Source: Coraliomargaritaceae bacterium (GTDB lineage Bacteria; Verrucomicrobiota; Verrucomicrobiia; Opitutales; Coraliomargaritaceae). Taken from it: a DNA stretch of 64,000 nucleotides. The translations under genes were made by a program, and so were the position numbers. Position 1 is the first letter of the stretch. Every line of letters starts with the position of its first letter. The stretch is from the NCBI GenBank assembly GCA_965656495.1, contig CBFHKU010000004.1, forward strand, positions 75,392 through 139,391, given 5' to 3'. Below the pieces are notes generated by a model. It ran no database searches, was not told the origin of the DNA, and saw only the letters and a program-made list of their open reading frames with translations. Shown piece after piece: positions 40,176 to 51,376 of this stretch.

Positions 40176-40521
40176 TTAAGACTGTTTTTCGTTCTCAAAG
40201 ATCCGATCTTTTGCATCGACATGACGCATTTCAGTCGGTTTCCCGTTAAATCGTTTTTTAAAGTCTGTGAGCACCGCCTCACCAACCCGCTCCAGCGCGG
40301 CCTCCACTGACATCAAAGGCGCTTGGTTTTCGACCGGTGCCATAGCCCCCGATCCTCGTTTTGGCGCATCTGACACCGCAACTTCCGCCGCCTCTGCGTA
40401 ATCGACCGGTTCCTCCGCAATCGCAATGGTCGCTTCCTTAAACTCTTTTTCTTCAGCAGGTTCTACCCCTGGTACCACCAGCGCGGGCAAATTTAACTCA
40501 CGTAGATTCAGTTTTTTTTTT
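40176..40521 (-). CDS. Probable C-terminal extension of DnaX in the -1 frame
   Basis: Track ORF 40176-40490 stays open upstream through the A10 run (40512-40521) at the dnaX 3' end. Confidence 0.6.
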
Positions 40522-41650
40522 GGTCGCTTCCGCCTTCAGATGCCGTGGCATTTCCCGCGAGCTGTTTCAAGACCGTATCAATCGCACGGGAGCGTGATTC
40601 CTCCGCAGCTTTCAGTAAAACCACCTCAAAGTTCACTTTTTCCGATAAACCGCGTTGCACACTGGCACCCCCCTCATGCAGGGCATCCAGCATCCGCATC
40701 AAGGATTCCGTCGTCAAAGCTGTGCCCAGTTGTTCCGTGCTTCCATTGTTGTGAATCGCATCCAACAAGGCACGGCGCACCTCCGCCTCCAAATCGATCA
40801 AAATGCGATACAAGTCCCGACCCTCGCCTACAAAGCTATCGACCGCCGCGATAATCGCCGCAAAATCCAAGGTTCCCAATGCCCCCGCAAGTTGCGTGAT
40901 CCGCTCCGCAGAAACCAATCCATACACGTCCAAAACATCCTGCTCCGCGATTTCCTTGCCGCAGAAGGATATCATTTGATCCAAAATGGACTGCGAGTCA
41001 CGCATTCCCCCGTTGGCGAGCCGGGCGACCGCCGCCAAAGCCTCCGGCGCTACTTTAATACCCTCCGCATTTGCAATGGTGGCAAGCTTCTCCACCATCA
41101 CCTCGTCCGGGATGGGCCGGAATTCAAACCGTTGGCAACGGGAAACAATGGTGGGCAGCACTTTGTGTGATTCCGTCGTTGCAAAAATAAAGATCACATG
41201 CGGCGGCGGTTCCTCAAGGGTCTTAAGGAGCGCGTTGAAAGCCGCAGTCGAGAGCATGTGTACTTCATCGATAATGTAGATCTTGTAACTACATTGAGTC
41301 GGCGCGTATTGGCAGTCCTCCCGCAATTCCCGAACCTGATCGACGCTGTTATTGGAAGCACCATCGATCTCAATGACATCCATGCAGGACCCATTCATGA
41401 TGGCCTGGCTGATCTCTGAGTCATTGTCGGGGGCAACACTCGGTCCGCCCTCGGCATTGAGCGATTTCGCAAAGAGTCGCGCCGAACTCGTCTTTCCGGT
41501 GCCACGTGGTCCAACAAAGAGATAGGCATGGGCAATGCGTTTGCTCTCAATCGCATTGCGCAGGGTTTGAACGATGTGATCCTGACCCACCAGTTCATCG
41601 AACTGTTTCGGACGCCAGCGGCGGGCGATGACTTGATAAGCTTGCTCCAT
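40508..41650 (-). CDS. dnaX: DNA polymerase III gamma/tau subunit
   Basis: [43 protein letters not shown]. Confidence 0.98.
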   Translation of the reverse strand: MEQAYQVIARRWRPKQFDELVGQDHIVQTLRNAIESKRIAHAYLFVGPRGTGKTSSARLFAKSLNAEGGPSVAPDNDSEISQAIMNGSCMDVIEIDGASNNSVDQVRELREDCQYAPTQCSYKIYIIDEVHMLSTAAFNALLKTLEEPPPHVIFIFATTESHKVLPTIVSRCQRFEFRPIPDEVMVEKLATIANAEGIKVAPEALAAVARLANGGMRDSQSILDQMISFCGKEIAEQDVLDVYGLVSAERITQLAGALGTLDFAAIIAAVDSFVGEGRDLYRILIDLEAEVRRALLDAIHNNGSTEQLGTALTTESLMRMLDALHEGGASVQRGLSEKVNFEVVLLKAAEESRSRAIDTVLKQLAGNATASEGGSDQKKN

Positions 41651-41734
41651 GCAATTAATAAAAAAGCCGACATCCTGAGCCGCTGGCAAGTGGTTTCATA
41701 AAAAAAGCCCTTGCGCTGCCTAAAAGGCAAAAAA

Positions 41735-41835
41735 AGTGGCCAGGCACCCTACGGCACATGTGGATCAAACTACCGCTGCTCCCTTCCGGGCCTGACGGGG
41801 TTTATTTGTCCGGCATTGCATAGGACCCGGCCACT
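41735..41835 (-). ncRNA. ffs: Signal recognition particle (4.5S) RNA
   Basis: Minus strand carries the TCAGGCCCGGAAGGGAGCAGC helix-8 motif in a ~100-nt hairpin followed by a U run; directly upstream of dnaX. Confidence 0.95.
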
Positions 41836-41916
41836 GAACAGCCAACTACAGGCGGACCCTAAGCTCAACCCTAAAATAGGATTTGCCCCCAACGCCTCCT
41901 CTGCTTGTCTTTTCCT

Positions 41917-42951
41917 ATGTCCTTTGAAGCGATGCAGCAGAGAAAGCTTTTCTTTCCAATCAACGATCAATTTCGCGAATACCTGAGCAGTTTCAGGCGG
42001 GCCCGCGAGCTGCCCGTGATCTATGAGGATATGCTGCAATACGAGGAAACCTTTCCCCTCATCGACAAAGACGGGAATGATACCTTGTGGCTCACCCTTA
42101 AATATGAACAGCAATTGGGCCAGGAACTCTACGAGGGCCTGAAGCGCATTTATGTAATGCTGCGCTCGGATGGAGACGAACGCGTGCTGGGCAACCTCTA
42201 CATCGACCGGGTCGATTACTGCACCTTTGGAAACACCAAACCCATGCGGGTCCGCGTCGTGAATCAACACAACGACAACCATGATTACTTCTACGTGAAA
42301 AAAGCCGACGCCTCGCGGGTGTATGGTCTGGAACTAGAGGAACTGCTCTCCCCCAATGATATCAACTTCATGGTCTGCGGTGACACCCTTATCGAGGAGC
42401 ACATCATTGGTGTCCCGGGTGATGATTTTATTCGCGATTACCTCCCACGCCATGACCTGCACTCGGTACGCCTCGCCAAAGAATTCATTAAATTTAATGA
42501 ACGTTGCTTCGTGCGCCTCTTGGGCGACATGCGTGCCTATAATTACGTCGTGGAAGTGACCCCCGATTTTGAGCAAAATCAATATCGCGTCAGAGCAATC
42601 GACTTTGACCAACAATGCTATGAAGGTCGGCGTTCCCTCTATCTACCGCAATTTTTCAAAAACAACTTACCGGTAGTGGAACTGTGCTCCGAGTTGATTA
42701 ACTACCAAACCAGCCTGCAATACCAATACGAGGAGCGCTCCCTCATCAAACGACGCGTCAATTTTGTGATGGACCGCATCGACGCCCTTCGAACCTGCAT
42801 GTGCGCCGATCAAATATCCAGTCAGGAAAAAGTGGTTCAACTTGCTGCGGAATTAGCGGACATGCATGACGTCAGCGCATTCAACGAGTGTACCTCAATG
42901 GGCGAAATCACTTTTATGAATATTGGTGTTACCCTTGAACTTGACTTCTAA
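41917..42951 (+). CDS. Conserved-looking hypothetical protein, possible kinase-like fold
   Basis: YVKK, LLGDMRAYNY and AIDFD recall PI3K/HipA-like catalytic elements (inference). Confidence 0.75.
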   Translation: MSFEAMQQRKLFFPINDQFREYLSSFRRARELPVIYEDMLQYEETFPLIDKDGNDTLWLTLKYEQQLGQELYEGLKRIYVMLRSDGDERVLGNLYIDRVDYCTFGNTKPMRVRVVNQHNDNHDYFYVKKADASRVYGLELEELLSPNDINFMVCGDTLIEEHIIGVPGDDFIRDYLPRHDLHSVRLAKEFIKFNERCFVRLLGDMRAYNYVVEVTPDFEQNQYRVRAIDFDQQCYEGRRSLYLPQFFKNNLPVVELCSELINYQTSLQYQYEERSLIKRRVNFVMDRIDALRTCMCADQISSQEKVVQLAAELADMHDVSAFNECTSMGEITFMNIGVTLELDF

Positions 42952-43547
42952 GAGCGCGTTTGCGCGCTTTCAACGGCAACATTAACGGGAATTGCATTTG
43001 AATGTGGCTGGCAATGGTAAATGAGATCATCGTAAATAGACTCAATATCAAAAGGAGCCTTACCGGGTTTTACTTCATAACGCTGCTGTATATAACGCTC
43101 ACCCAGCGTTGACAACTGCCAGCCACGACCCACGTGCTCATACAGTGAGTGCCCCTTGCATTTGGCTTGCCGCATTGTATTGTCCGGGCGGTTTGGAATC
43201 ATCAAACCCACCTGAAGCGCAGTTTCACGTACCAGTCTTGTTTCAATCGGGAAAAGTCCATAAATTGAATAAAGCCATGCTACAATAAGATGCACATTAT
43301 CCTTTAATCGGTCATGCTCATGACCCGAGAAAAACTCCGGACGCACAAGAGGTACCTTATGGCTAAATGCATTGATCTTTTTTAAATTCCTCGAATGTAG
43401 CTTCACGTTATCACGGCTGTTCGGTGTGGTGAGGACATTACCAAAGGCCATTCTCAGGAGAACCTCGGAGGCACGCTCTTGCAAAGCTGGATCCAGCGAT
43501 TTGATGATACCGTTTATTTCTAAAATTTTGTTTACAGCATTTTTCAT
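42948..43547 (-). CDS. Hypothetical protein, possible winged helix
   Basis: 199-aa AT-richer ORF; GRGWQLSTLGERYI. Confidence 0.65.
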   Translation of the reverse strand: MKNAVNKILEINGIIKSLDPALQERASEVLLRMAFGNVLTTPNSRDNVKLHSRNLKKINAFSHKVPLVRPEFFSGHEHDRLKDNVHLIVAWLYSIYGLFPIETRLVRETALQVGLMIPNRPDNTMRQAKCKGHSLYEHVGRGWQLSTLGERYIQQRYEVKPGKAPFDIESIYDDLIYHCQPHSNAIPVNVAVESAQTRS

Positions 43548-43678
43548 GAATATACGCGTAGCGAGTATCTGGATGATAATATTTTACTAACACAAAATTA
43601 TACTTATATTTTATACTGTCAATAACTAGTAATAAAAATAATTCATGCCATCGAGTTGCCCACCCGTCTTCTTATGGC

Positions 43679-44104
43679 CTATTGAGGCTTTAATGTATCC
43701 CAGGGAAGCCGGGCACAGTTCAGGCGGGAGGGAAAGGCCCGGATTGCCCCCAAGGCCGCAAATGCATCGATGGGGTGGTCGGCTTGCCCCGAATCACCTT
43801 CCAAATGCGCCAAACCCTTGGCGTGCAGCACTTCAAAATTGCGGAACTCGTCCTGCATCGCTTTTTCAAGGAGGATGGAGGCACTTGCTTTACAAATGGC
43901 GCAGGCCGCACATTCAAAGCTCGCAGCTTCTATTTTTCCCTCTGAACGCTTGAGATAAAAGGTTATTTTATCACCACAGAGCGGGTTATAACCTTCTTTG
44001 ACCTCGGTATAATCCGGCAAAATGCCGTAATGACGGGGCGTTTTATTGTGTTCAAGGATGGTGGCCTGATACAACTCGTGTAAAACTGCGTGTTCGTCAT
44101 TCAT
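43679..44104 (-). CDS. sufU: SUF Fe-S scaffold/sulfur acceptor
   Basis: LYQATILEH, NPLCGD, CAICKASAS, RLNCARLPW. Confidence 0.93.
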   Translation of the reverse strand: MNDEHAVLHELYQATILEHNKTPRHYGILPDYTEVKEGYNPLCGDKITFYLKRSEGKIEAASFECAACAICKASASILLEKAMQDEFRNFEVLHAKGLAHLEGDSGQADHPIDAFAALGAIRAFPSRLNCARLPWDTLKPQ

Positions 44105-44139
44105 ACTCCTTGGCAGGGCATTGGATCCGCCGGTGACTC

Positions 44140-45369
44140 TCAATCAAAAAATCGACGGAGCTTGTGTAGCGCCGCACTCAATCGCTCGACTTCTTCCAGA
44201 GTATTGTAAAAAGCAAATGAGGCGCGGGCGGTCGCGGCATGGCCAAAATACTTGAGCAGGGGCTGGGTGCAGTGGTGTCCAGCCCGTATTGCGATCCCGT
44301 CCGCATTGAGAAAAGTTCCGATATCATGCGGATGCACGCCCTCAACCAAGAAGGAAAGCACCGAGGCTTTTTGAGGCGCGGAACCAAAAATCTGAAGGCC
44401 GGGAACCTCCGCCAACGCAGCGGTCGCAGCCTCCAGTAAGCTTTGTTCGTGCGCAAGCGCGGCAGCGCGATCCAACCCGTTCAGGTAATCGATCGCCGCA
44501 CCCAAGCCAATCACGCCTGCGATATGCGGCGTGCCCGCCTCAAATTTTCCGGGCAGACCCTTGTAAGTGGTCCCCTCAAAATCGACCACCTCGATCATGT
44601 CACCCCCACCCTGATACGGCGGCAGGCGTTCCAGCCATTCCCGCTTGCCCCACAAGACCCCAATCCCGGTCGGGCCAAAGAGCTTATGCCCGGAAAAGAC
44701 GAAAAAATCACAACCCAAGTCCGCCACATCCGCCGCTGCATGTGGTACGAGTTGAGCCCCGTCCAACAAAACCGGGATCCCTTTGGCATGCGCCATCGCG
44801 ATCATTTCCTTTGCGGGATTTATGGTGCCCAGAGTATTGGAGGTATGCACAAAGGCAAAGATGCGGGTGCGCTCATTTAAAAGCGTGGGCAGGGCCTCCA
44901 TATCGAGCGAACCATCCGGCAAAACCGGAACCACCTTGAGTTCCGCGCCAGTGCGCTCGGCTGCCATTTGCCAAGGTACGATGTTGGCATGGTGCTCCAT
45001 GTGGGTGATCAGAATTTCGTCTCCCGGCCCAAGGCAGGTTTTAGTGAATCCCTCCGCAATGAGATTGATGCTTTCGGTCGCTCCCCTGGTAAAAATAACC
45101 TCTGCCGCATCCTTCGCTCCCAGATGATCCGCTACTTTTTGCCGTACCCCTTCGTAGGCATCCGTCAAATGCTCGCTCAAATAATGAACCCCTCGGTGAA
45201 TGTTGGCGTTTTCGAATGCATAGTAGCGTTCCAGTGCTTCGATCACGGCTTTGGGCTTTTGCGCAGTCGCGGCATTATCCAAATAGGTAAGCGGGCGCCC
45301 GCCGACCTCCCGATGTAAAATCGGAAAATCCGCACGTATATTTTCAGTATCAAAACGAGTATCAAGCAT
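44140..45369 (-). CDS. sufS: Cysteine desulfurase
   Basis: [34 protein letters not shown]. Confidence 0.98.
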   Translation of the reverse strand: MLDTRFDTENIRADFPILHREVGGRPLTYLDNAATAQKPKAVIEALERYYAFENANIHRGVHYLSEHLTDAYEGVRQKVADHLGAKDAAEVIFTRGATESINLIAEGFTKTCLGPGDEILITHMEHHANIVPWQMAAERTGAELKVVPVLPDGSLDMEALPTLLNERTRIFAFVHTSNTLGTINPAKEMIAMAHAKGIPVLLDGAQLVPHAAADVADLGCDFFVFSGHKLFGPTGIGVLWGKREWLERLPPYQGGGDMIEVVDFEGTTYKGLPGKFEAGTPHIAGVIGLGAAIDYLNGLDRAAALAHEQSLLEAATAALAEVPGLQIFGSAPQKASVLSFLVEGVHPHDIGTFLNADGIAIRAGHHCTQPLLKYFGHAATARASFAFYNTLEEVERLSAALHKLRRFFD

Positions 45370-45438
45370 ACCTATTCAAATGTATAAAACGTAAAATATG
45401 CGGCGATGCTTCCCTTTGGCAAACGAAGAGCGCAATTC

Positions 45439-46275
45439 CTACTGGACGCTCTCTTTGGAGTTCTGCTCCGTCTGGGACTTCAGGATCATAAGTTTTTCCA
45501 TATCCATCCCCGGACGAAAATCCAGCAAGGCGTCGAATTCCAGGGGTAAGGGTGAACCCACTTCCACTTTCCTATTTGTACCATTAAAATGATAACTAAG
45601 CATGATTTCGCTGGAGTGGAGCATCAGGCGCTTGATTTGAGTCTCACTTTTAATATCGCGGTTAAAACTAAAACTCCCATAGGTCTGGTCGCCCACAATC
45701 GGAATTTTGTGCTTGCTGCATTGAATGCGCAGTTGGTGCGTCCGCCCCGTCACCGGAAACAATTTTATGAGGCTAAGCGGAAATCCCGCTGGCGCCTTAC
45801 GAATGAGCTGATAGCGCGACTTTGCCCGCACTGAAAGCGCATTACGTATGACGCGGTTCCCGTTCTTTCGATCCTTCATAAAACGATCCTCCCAGACACC
45901 TGCCACACCTTTGGGCGAACCCTTCACCAGCGCGTAATAAATCTTTGTCACTTTTCGCAAAGCAAAGGCTTCCTTAATCACCGGCGTGAGCTCGCGATTC
46001 AAGGAAAGCAGGATCACTCCAGAGGTCGCCGAGTCCAAGCGGTGAATCAAATCCGCCTCTCGCTCCTGACCCTCCGCGTCCACCCACCGGTAACATTCCA
46101 TCTTCAAGTCATAGTATGCATTCAGCAAGGATCGCTTCTCGTCCCGCTTGCAATTAGGGTGCGACATCATGCCTGCCGGTTTTTCAAGCGCCAGCAAACC
46201 ATCCTTGTTGTAATCCAAAATCCGCACCCCTCTCCCAAATGGTAAATGCGACGGCTCTAATGTCTCAATTTTCAC
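45439..46275 (-). CDS. RluA-family pseudouridine synthase
   Basis: KPAG, HRLDSATSG, TGRTHQLR, LMLHS. Confidence 0.93.
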   Translation of the reverse strand: MKIETLEPSHLPFGRGVRILDYNKDGLLALEKPAGMMSHPNCKRDEKRSLLNAYYDLKMECYRWVDAEGQEREADLIHRLDSATSGVILLSLNRELTPVIKEAFALRKVTKIYYALVKGSPKGVAGVWEDRFMKDRKNGNRVIRNALSVRAKSRYQLIRKAPAGFPLSLIKLFPVTGRTHQLRIQCSKHKIPIVGDQTYGSFSFNRDIKSETQIKRLMLHSSEIMLSYHFNGTNRKVEVGSPLPLEFDALLDFRPGMDMEKLMILKSQTEQNSKESVQ

Positions 46276-47345
46276 TGATAGATAAATACCACGGTTAGCT
46301 CGTGCGAGTCACCATAAACTTCAATCATTTCTTTTGTCCACGGTCGAAATTGTTTTGGTTTCGAAATCGCATTCTCACAGATGATGGTCGCAATTTCAGA
46401 CGCAGTCGAATACACCGCCTTCACATCGGTCACGGTGCCGTCAGCCCGCATCGTAAAACGCACCTGTACCCGCGTCTTTAGATCAATCGGCTGATAATAC
46501 TCAATGTCCTGATACCATCCCGTTACGACCGCCGCGAAAAATTGCTGCTGATACTCCCCGAATTCACTGAAGCTCGCATTGATTGATAGTTTCCCGCGAT
46601 GCGAGGCAGCCCCCGCACTTTGCATCAGCGGCCCCATGATCAATTTCGGATCCAGACGCGGACGCGGTTTCGCCTGGGTGGGATCCCCGCTCGGCACCAT
46701 TGCCTCCGTCGCTTTCACCTCGGTCGGTTGATACAGCCGCACCCTTCCATCCGGTTCCCCGCTTGCCTGCGCCGCGACTTCCTTCTGTGGCGTGCTTCCC
46801 ACTTCACCCATATCTGCAAGCGCGGCCTCCTTTAAAAATTCCGGTCGTTCGATTCCCTTCGGTGGCAAGGCTACGGGCGTCGCCACCTGTGCCGGGTTTT
46901 GATTCGCCGCGCCGGGAGCCGGTTGCGGCGTTACGGCAGCACTCGCAAGCTGCCCTTCCAGAATTTTCTGGGATTGCTCCACCCCATCCACCCGGGGCTG
47001 GTTCTCGGCGCTCATCGGTACCGGATCCGCCTCCGCCGCCTGCTGATTCCGGAAGGAGTATTGCTTCGTAGTATCGGGCGTATTCTCCGGCGCATCGGGA
47101 TTTGCCTCCACAAAACGCAGCTCCTCCGGTTTTATTATCTCAAGCTCCAGCTCGAGTGCTTCAGGTTCCGCTGGCAAGGCGGCCTGCGGCAACATCCGCT
47201 CGGGGAGCAAATAAAGCAAAATCAGGTGCAAGAGAATCGACAGCACAAACGCCAAACGCGTATTTCCACGATTCAACGACTCAGTAGGCAAATACCCCTT
47301 TGGGGCATCCGATACCTTCGCACAGTTGGTCGCATTCAAAGTCAT
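46272..47345 (-). CDS. TonB/TolA-like protein
   Basis: N-terminal TM with SILLH, Pro/Ala-rich linker, C-terminal VQVRFTMRADGTV. Confidence 0.7.
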   Translation of the reverse strand: MTLNATNCAKVSDAPKGYLPTESLNRGNTRLAFVLSILLHLILLYLLPERMLPQAALPAEPEALELELEIIKPEELRFVEANPDAPENTPDTTKQYSFRNQQAAEADPVPMSAENQPRVDGVEQSQKILEGQLASAAVTPQPAPGAANQNPAQVATPVALPPKGIERPEFLKEAALADMGEVGSTPQKEVAAQASGEPDGRVRLYQPTEVKATEAMVPSGDPTQAKPRPRLDPKLIMGPLMQSAGAASHRGKLSINASFSEFGEYQQQFFAAVVTGWYQDIEYYQPIDLKTRVQVRFTMRADGTVTDVKAVYSTASEIATIICENAISKPKQFRPWTKEMIEVYGDSHELTVVFIYQ

Positions 47346-47953
47346 TCAATACTTGAGAGCCGCAAATTATAACCCAGTTCCCTTAAAATCTCAGCCAAAC
47401 GCTGAATCGGCAAGCCCATTACATTTTCCACGGAACCCGTCACCGAATCGATTATCATTTCGCGACCCTCCTGTATTCCGTAAGCCCCCGCCTTGTCGAG
47501 GGGATTGACCCGCGCGTGATAGGCTTGGATCGTCGCGGCATCCAGCACATGGAAACGCACCTTGCTCGCCTCCACAAAATCATAGGCGTAAGCACGCTCG
47601 CGGCAGCGCAACGCCACTGCCGTGTGAACGGTGTGTTCCCTTCCCGACAGTAATTCCAGCATCGCCTGCGCCGCCCCCAAATCCCGTGGTTTGCCGAGCA
47701 CCCGATCCTCCACCGCCACCGTGGTATCAGAACCCAGCACCAAGGCCGCTTCATTTTTTAATGCCACCGCATCCGCCTTTAACGCGGCATTGTGCGCGAC
47801 CATCCACTCCGGGCCCTGCGCAGTGCACTCCGATTCCTCCACCGGAGCGGCCTCCACCTCGAAGTCCAGCCCCAAACGCGCGAGCAGTTCATGGCGACGC
47901 GGCGACGCCGAGGCCAATATAAAGGGTGCAGGATCTAGTTGTTTTGATGCCAT
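47342..47953 (-). CDS. maf: Maf family nucleotide pyrophosphatase
   Basis: ILASASPRR, GSDTTV, LGKP, DKAGAYGIQ, NVMGLP. Confidence 0.96.
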   Translation of the reverse strand: MASKQLDPAPFILASASPRRHELLARLGLDFEVEAAPVEESECTAQGPEWMVAHNAALKADAVALKNEAALVLGSDTTVAVEDRVLGKPRDLGAAQAMLELLSGREHTVHTAVALRCRERAYAYDFVEASKVRFHVLDAATIQAYHARVNPLDKAGAYGIQEGREMIIDSVTGSVENVMGLPIQRLAEILRELGYNLRLSSIE

Positions 47954-48044
47954 CAACCCGCATCTTTCATTTGCAATCGTTCACAAACAAACAAATTCTT
48001 AACTTTCACAGTTAATAACTGTTATTAACTGTTTGTAGCACCGC

Positions 48045-49676
48045 ATGAAAATAGGAATCGCACAAATCAATCCCACCGTCGGAGACCTCACCGGCAATTG
48101 CGCCCGTTTGCTTGAGGCGTACACCGAATTGGTCGATGCGGGCGCCGACCTGATCCTCGCTCCGGAATTGGCGACCTGTGGCTACCCGCCCCGCGACCTC
48201 CTCTTTAAATCCAGATTCGTCCGCGATACCGAAGACGCCCTCCTTGCCCTCACCGCCAAAATCGGCACCGTCCCCCTCGTCACCGGTACCGTCATCAACG
48301 AGGACGGCGCCTGCTACAACGCCGCCGCGTGGTGCGAAAACGGCGTCATCCAAACCATCGGACGCAAATGCCTCCTGCCCACCTACGACGTCTTTGACGA
48401 AACCCGCTACTTCAAACCCGCCGCCGCTCCCACCATCCACTCATGGAACGGACTCAAGATCGGACTCACCATTTGCGAGGATATCTGGGCTCAATCCGAC
48501 CAACCCGCTAAAGCGCACTACCCCGCCGATCCCCTCAAAGCCCTCGCCGGCGCAGATCTGGATTACCTCCTCAATCTTTCCGCGAGCCCCTGGCAATCGG
48601 GCAAGGCAGGGCAACGCGAGGCCCTCGTCCGCGCTGCCGCGGAGCGCTGCAACTGCCCCGTCATTTATTGCAACGCGGTCGGCGGAAACGACGAACTCAT
48701 CTTTGACGGTGGCAGCATCGTCCATCATCCCCAACGCGGCATCCTCGCGGGACTCGCCTCCTTCCAAACCGAAAACGCCGTCATCGATCTTTCCCTGACC
48801 GAAGCTGCGCCCATCTCTCCTTGCTACAACCCCGTCGGGATGGCGGCCATTCATCAGGCGCTCGTACTCGGCCTCCGCGATTACGCCCGCAAGTGCGGAT
48901 TCCAACGGGTCCTCCTCGGCCTCAGCGGCGGAATCGACTCTGCGGTGGTCTGCGCCCTCGCCGCCGAGGCGATGGGCCCGGAAAACGTCATCGGTATCGC
49001 CCTGCCCTCCGCCATTTCCAGCGAACACAGCCGCAGCGACGCCGCCGACCTCGCCCAACGCCTCGGCATCCAATTCCACGAAATCCCCATCAGCGAAACC
49101 GTCGCCGCCGCCGAAGAAGCGCTCCAGCCGCTCTTCAAGGATTTACCCGCCGATGTCACCGAGGAAAACCTGCAGGCCCGCGCCCGGGGTCTCCTGCTCA
49201 TGGCGCTCTCCAATAAATACGGCGCCCTCCTGCTCACCACCGGCAACAAGAGCGAAATCGCGGTGGGTTACTGCACCCTCTACGGCGATATGTGCGGCGG
49301 ACTCGCCGTGATCTCCGACCTCCCGAAAATGAAAGTGTACGCCCTCGCCCGCCACCTCAATTCCGAGCGGGAACTCATCCCCCTCAATACCATCGAGAAG
49401 CCCCCCTCCGCCGAACTCCGCCCCGACCAGGCCGACTCCGATTCCCTCCCGCCCTACCCCGTCCTCGACGGAATCCTTCAACTCTACGTCGAAGAAGGCC
49501 GTTCCCGCGCCGAAATCACCGCAGCGGGTTACGAATCTGAGACCGTCGACGCCATCGTCCGACTCGTTGACCTCAACGAATACAAACGCAAACAAGCCGC
49601 CCCCGGACTCAAAACAACCCCCCTCGCCTTCGGGGTCGGACGACGCATCCCCATCGTTCAAAAATACGTCAATTAA
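48045..49676 (+). CDS. nadE: Glutamine-dependent NAD+ synthetase
   Basis: [49 protein letters not shown]. Confidence 0.98.
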   Translation: MKIGIAQINPTVGDLTGNCARLLEAYTELVDAGADLILAPELATCGYPPRDLLFKSRFVRDTEDALLALTAKIGTVPLVTGTVINEDGACYNAAAWCENGVIQTIGRKCLLPTYDVFDETRYFKPAAAPTIHSWNGLKIGLTICEDIWAQSDQPAKAHYPADPLKALAGADLDYLLNLSASPWQSGKAGQREALVRAAAERCNCPVIYCNAVGGNDELIFDGGSIVHHPQRGILAGLASFQTENAVIDLSLTEAAPISPCYNPVGMAAIHQALVLGLRDYARKCGFQRVLLGLSGGIDSAVVCALAAEAMGPENVIGIALPSAISSEHSRSDAADLAQRLGIQFHEIPISETVAAAEEALQPLFKDLPADVTEENLQARARGLLLMALSNKYGALLLTTGNKSEIAVGYCTLYGDMCGGLAVISDLPKMKVYALARHLNSERELIPLNTIEKPPSAELRPDQADSDSLPPYPVLDGILQLYVEEGRSRAEITAAGYESETVDAIVRLVDLNEYKRKQAAPGLKTTPLAFGVGRRIPIVQKYVN

Positions 49677-49705
49677 ACGACATCCCCGATTCAACCTCAC
49701 ATTTC

Positions 49706-50998
49706 ATGGATAACGATACCAGTTCAACCGCACTCTTTAAACAAGCGCAGGCCCTCATTCCCGGCGGCGTCAACTCCCCCGTACGCGCCTTCCGTTCCGT
49801 CGGCGGCAGCCCCTTCTTCACCGCTCGCGCCGAGGGCGCCCAACTCCACACCAGCGACGGCCGCGCCCTCATCGACTACGTCTGCACCTGGGGCCCCGCC
49901 ATCCACGGTCACAACGACCCCGAGATCCGCGCCGCCCTTGCCGCCGCCCTCGACCGGGGCACCAGCTTTGGCACCCCCAACCCCGACGAGGTCAAAATGG
50001 CAGAACGCCTCGTCGCGATGGTCCCCTCCCTTGAAAAAGTCCGTATGTGCAACAGCGGAACCGAAGCCACCCTTTCCGCAGTCCGCCTCGCCCGGGGATT
50101 CACGGGGCGCGATAAAATCATCAAATTCGCGGGCTGTTACCACGGTCACGTGGATTCCCTCCTCGTCAAAGCGGGTTCCGGAGCCCTCACCCTCGGCAAC
50201 CCCGACAGCGCCGGCATCCCCGCCAGTTTTGCCGCCGAGACCATCGTGCTCGAATACAACGACCTCGAAGCCCTCGAAGCCTGCTTCACCGAACAGGGCG
50301 ACCAGATCGCCGGACTCATCCTCGAACCCTACCCCGCCAACTGCGGCCTCATCCTCCCCGAACCGGGCTTCCTCGAAGGAGTCCGCAAACGCTGTACCCA
50401 ACACTCCACCGTCCTGATCTTTGACGAAGTCATGACCGGATTCCGACTCGCCCCGGGCGGCGTGCAGGAACGCATCGGGATCACCCCCGACCTCACCGCC
50501 CTCGGTAAAATCATCGGCGGCGGCCTCCCGGTCGGCGCCCTCGGCGGCAAAGCCGAAATCATGGATCACCTCGCCCCCCTCGGTCCGGTTTACCAAGCCG
50601 GAACCCTCAGCGGCAACCCCCTCGCGATGGCCGCCGGAATCGCCTCCCTCGACAAACTCCTCCAAACACAACCCTACCCCGCCCTCGATGCAATGGGCGC
50701 CCAAATCGCCAACGCCCTACAGGATGCCGCCCACCAAAAAGGCATCCCCCTCCAAGTACCCCAAGTCGGCTCCATGTTCGCCTGCTTCTTCGCCGAACAA
50801 CCCGTCCGCAACTACAACCAAGCCACCGCCAGCAACACCAGCGCCTTCAAACAACTCTTCAACCACGCCCTCGCCCACGGCATCTACCTCCCCCCCTCCC
50901 CCTACGAAACCTGCTTCATCAGCAGCGCCCACCAAAACCAGCACATCGAAAAAACCATCGAAGTCCTCGTTCAAGGCATCCACGCCCTCGAAATATAA
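49706..50998 (+). CDS. hemL: Glutamate-1-semialdehyde 2,1-aminomutase
   Basis: [46 protein letters not shown]. Confidence 0.99.
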   Translation: MDNDTSSTALFKQAQALIPGGVNSPVRAFRSVGGSPFFTARAEGAQLHTSDGRALIDYVCTWGPAIHGHNDPEIRAALAAALDRGTSFGTPNPDEVKMAERLVAMVPSLEKVRMCNSGTEATLSAVRLARGFTGRDKIIKFAGCYHGHVDSLLVKAGSGALTLGNPDSAGIPASFAAETIVLEYNDLEALEACFTEQGDQIAGLILEPYPANCGLILPEPGFLEGVRKRCTQHSTVLIFDEVMTGFRLAPGGVQERIGITPDLTALGKIIGGGLPVGALGGKAEIMDHLAPLGPVYQAGTLSGNPLAMAAGIASLDKLLQTQPYPALDAMGAQIANALQDAAHQKGIPLQVPQVGSMFACFFAEQPVRNYNQATASNTSAFKQLFNHALAHGIYLPPSPYETCFISSAHQNQHIEKTIEVLVQGIHALEI

Positions 50999-50999
50999 G

Positions 51000-51260
51000 A
51001 AGCTTGAGAACCTTGAGGGAGTTGGAAGTTTTTAGTTGAACCTTGGAAATCCAAATTCACCACAGAGCAACAGAGTACACAAAGGGTTTCATTAAAGCTT
51101 CAGTGTCCAGGCAACGCTCCGTGCTCTTCCTGCCTTCGTAGTGAGCGTTCTCTGATTAAGATTAGGAGTAAGACCTAGACTAATCCCAACGAACAACTAG
51201 CAACGTTCAACACCTTCCCTTCAACGTTCAATGTTCGACGTTCAACGTTCATAACCCTTC
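51000..51260. repeat. Cluster of short repeats (aacgttc heptamers, caacgaacaact, caccacagag..cagag)
   Basis: Same motifs recur at 61270-61430 and 63320-64000. Confidence 0.7.
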
Positions 51261-51376
51261 CCCCAGCATTCAGAAACTAATGGCACGCATTAATTTTACT
51301 TTTTATTTAATATACTCATTGATTTTAGGCTTAATGCGGTTTTTAATAATACCCTGTTTTTCATCTACACGCGACC

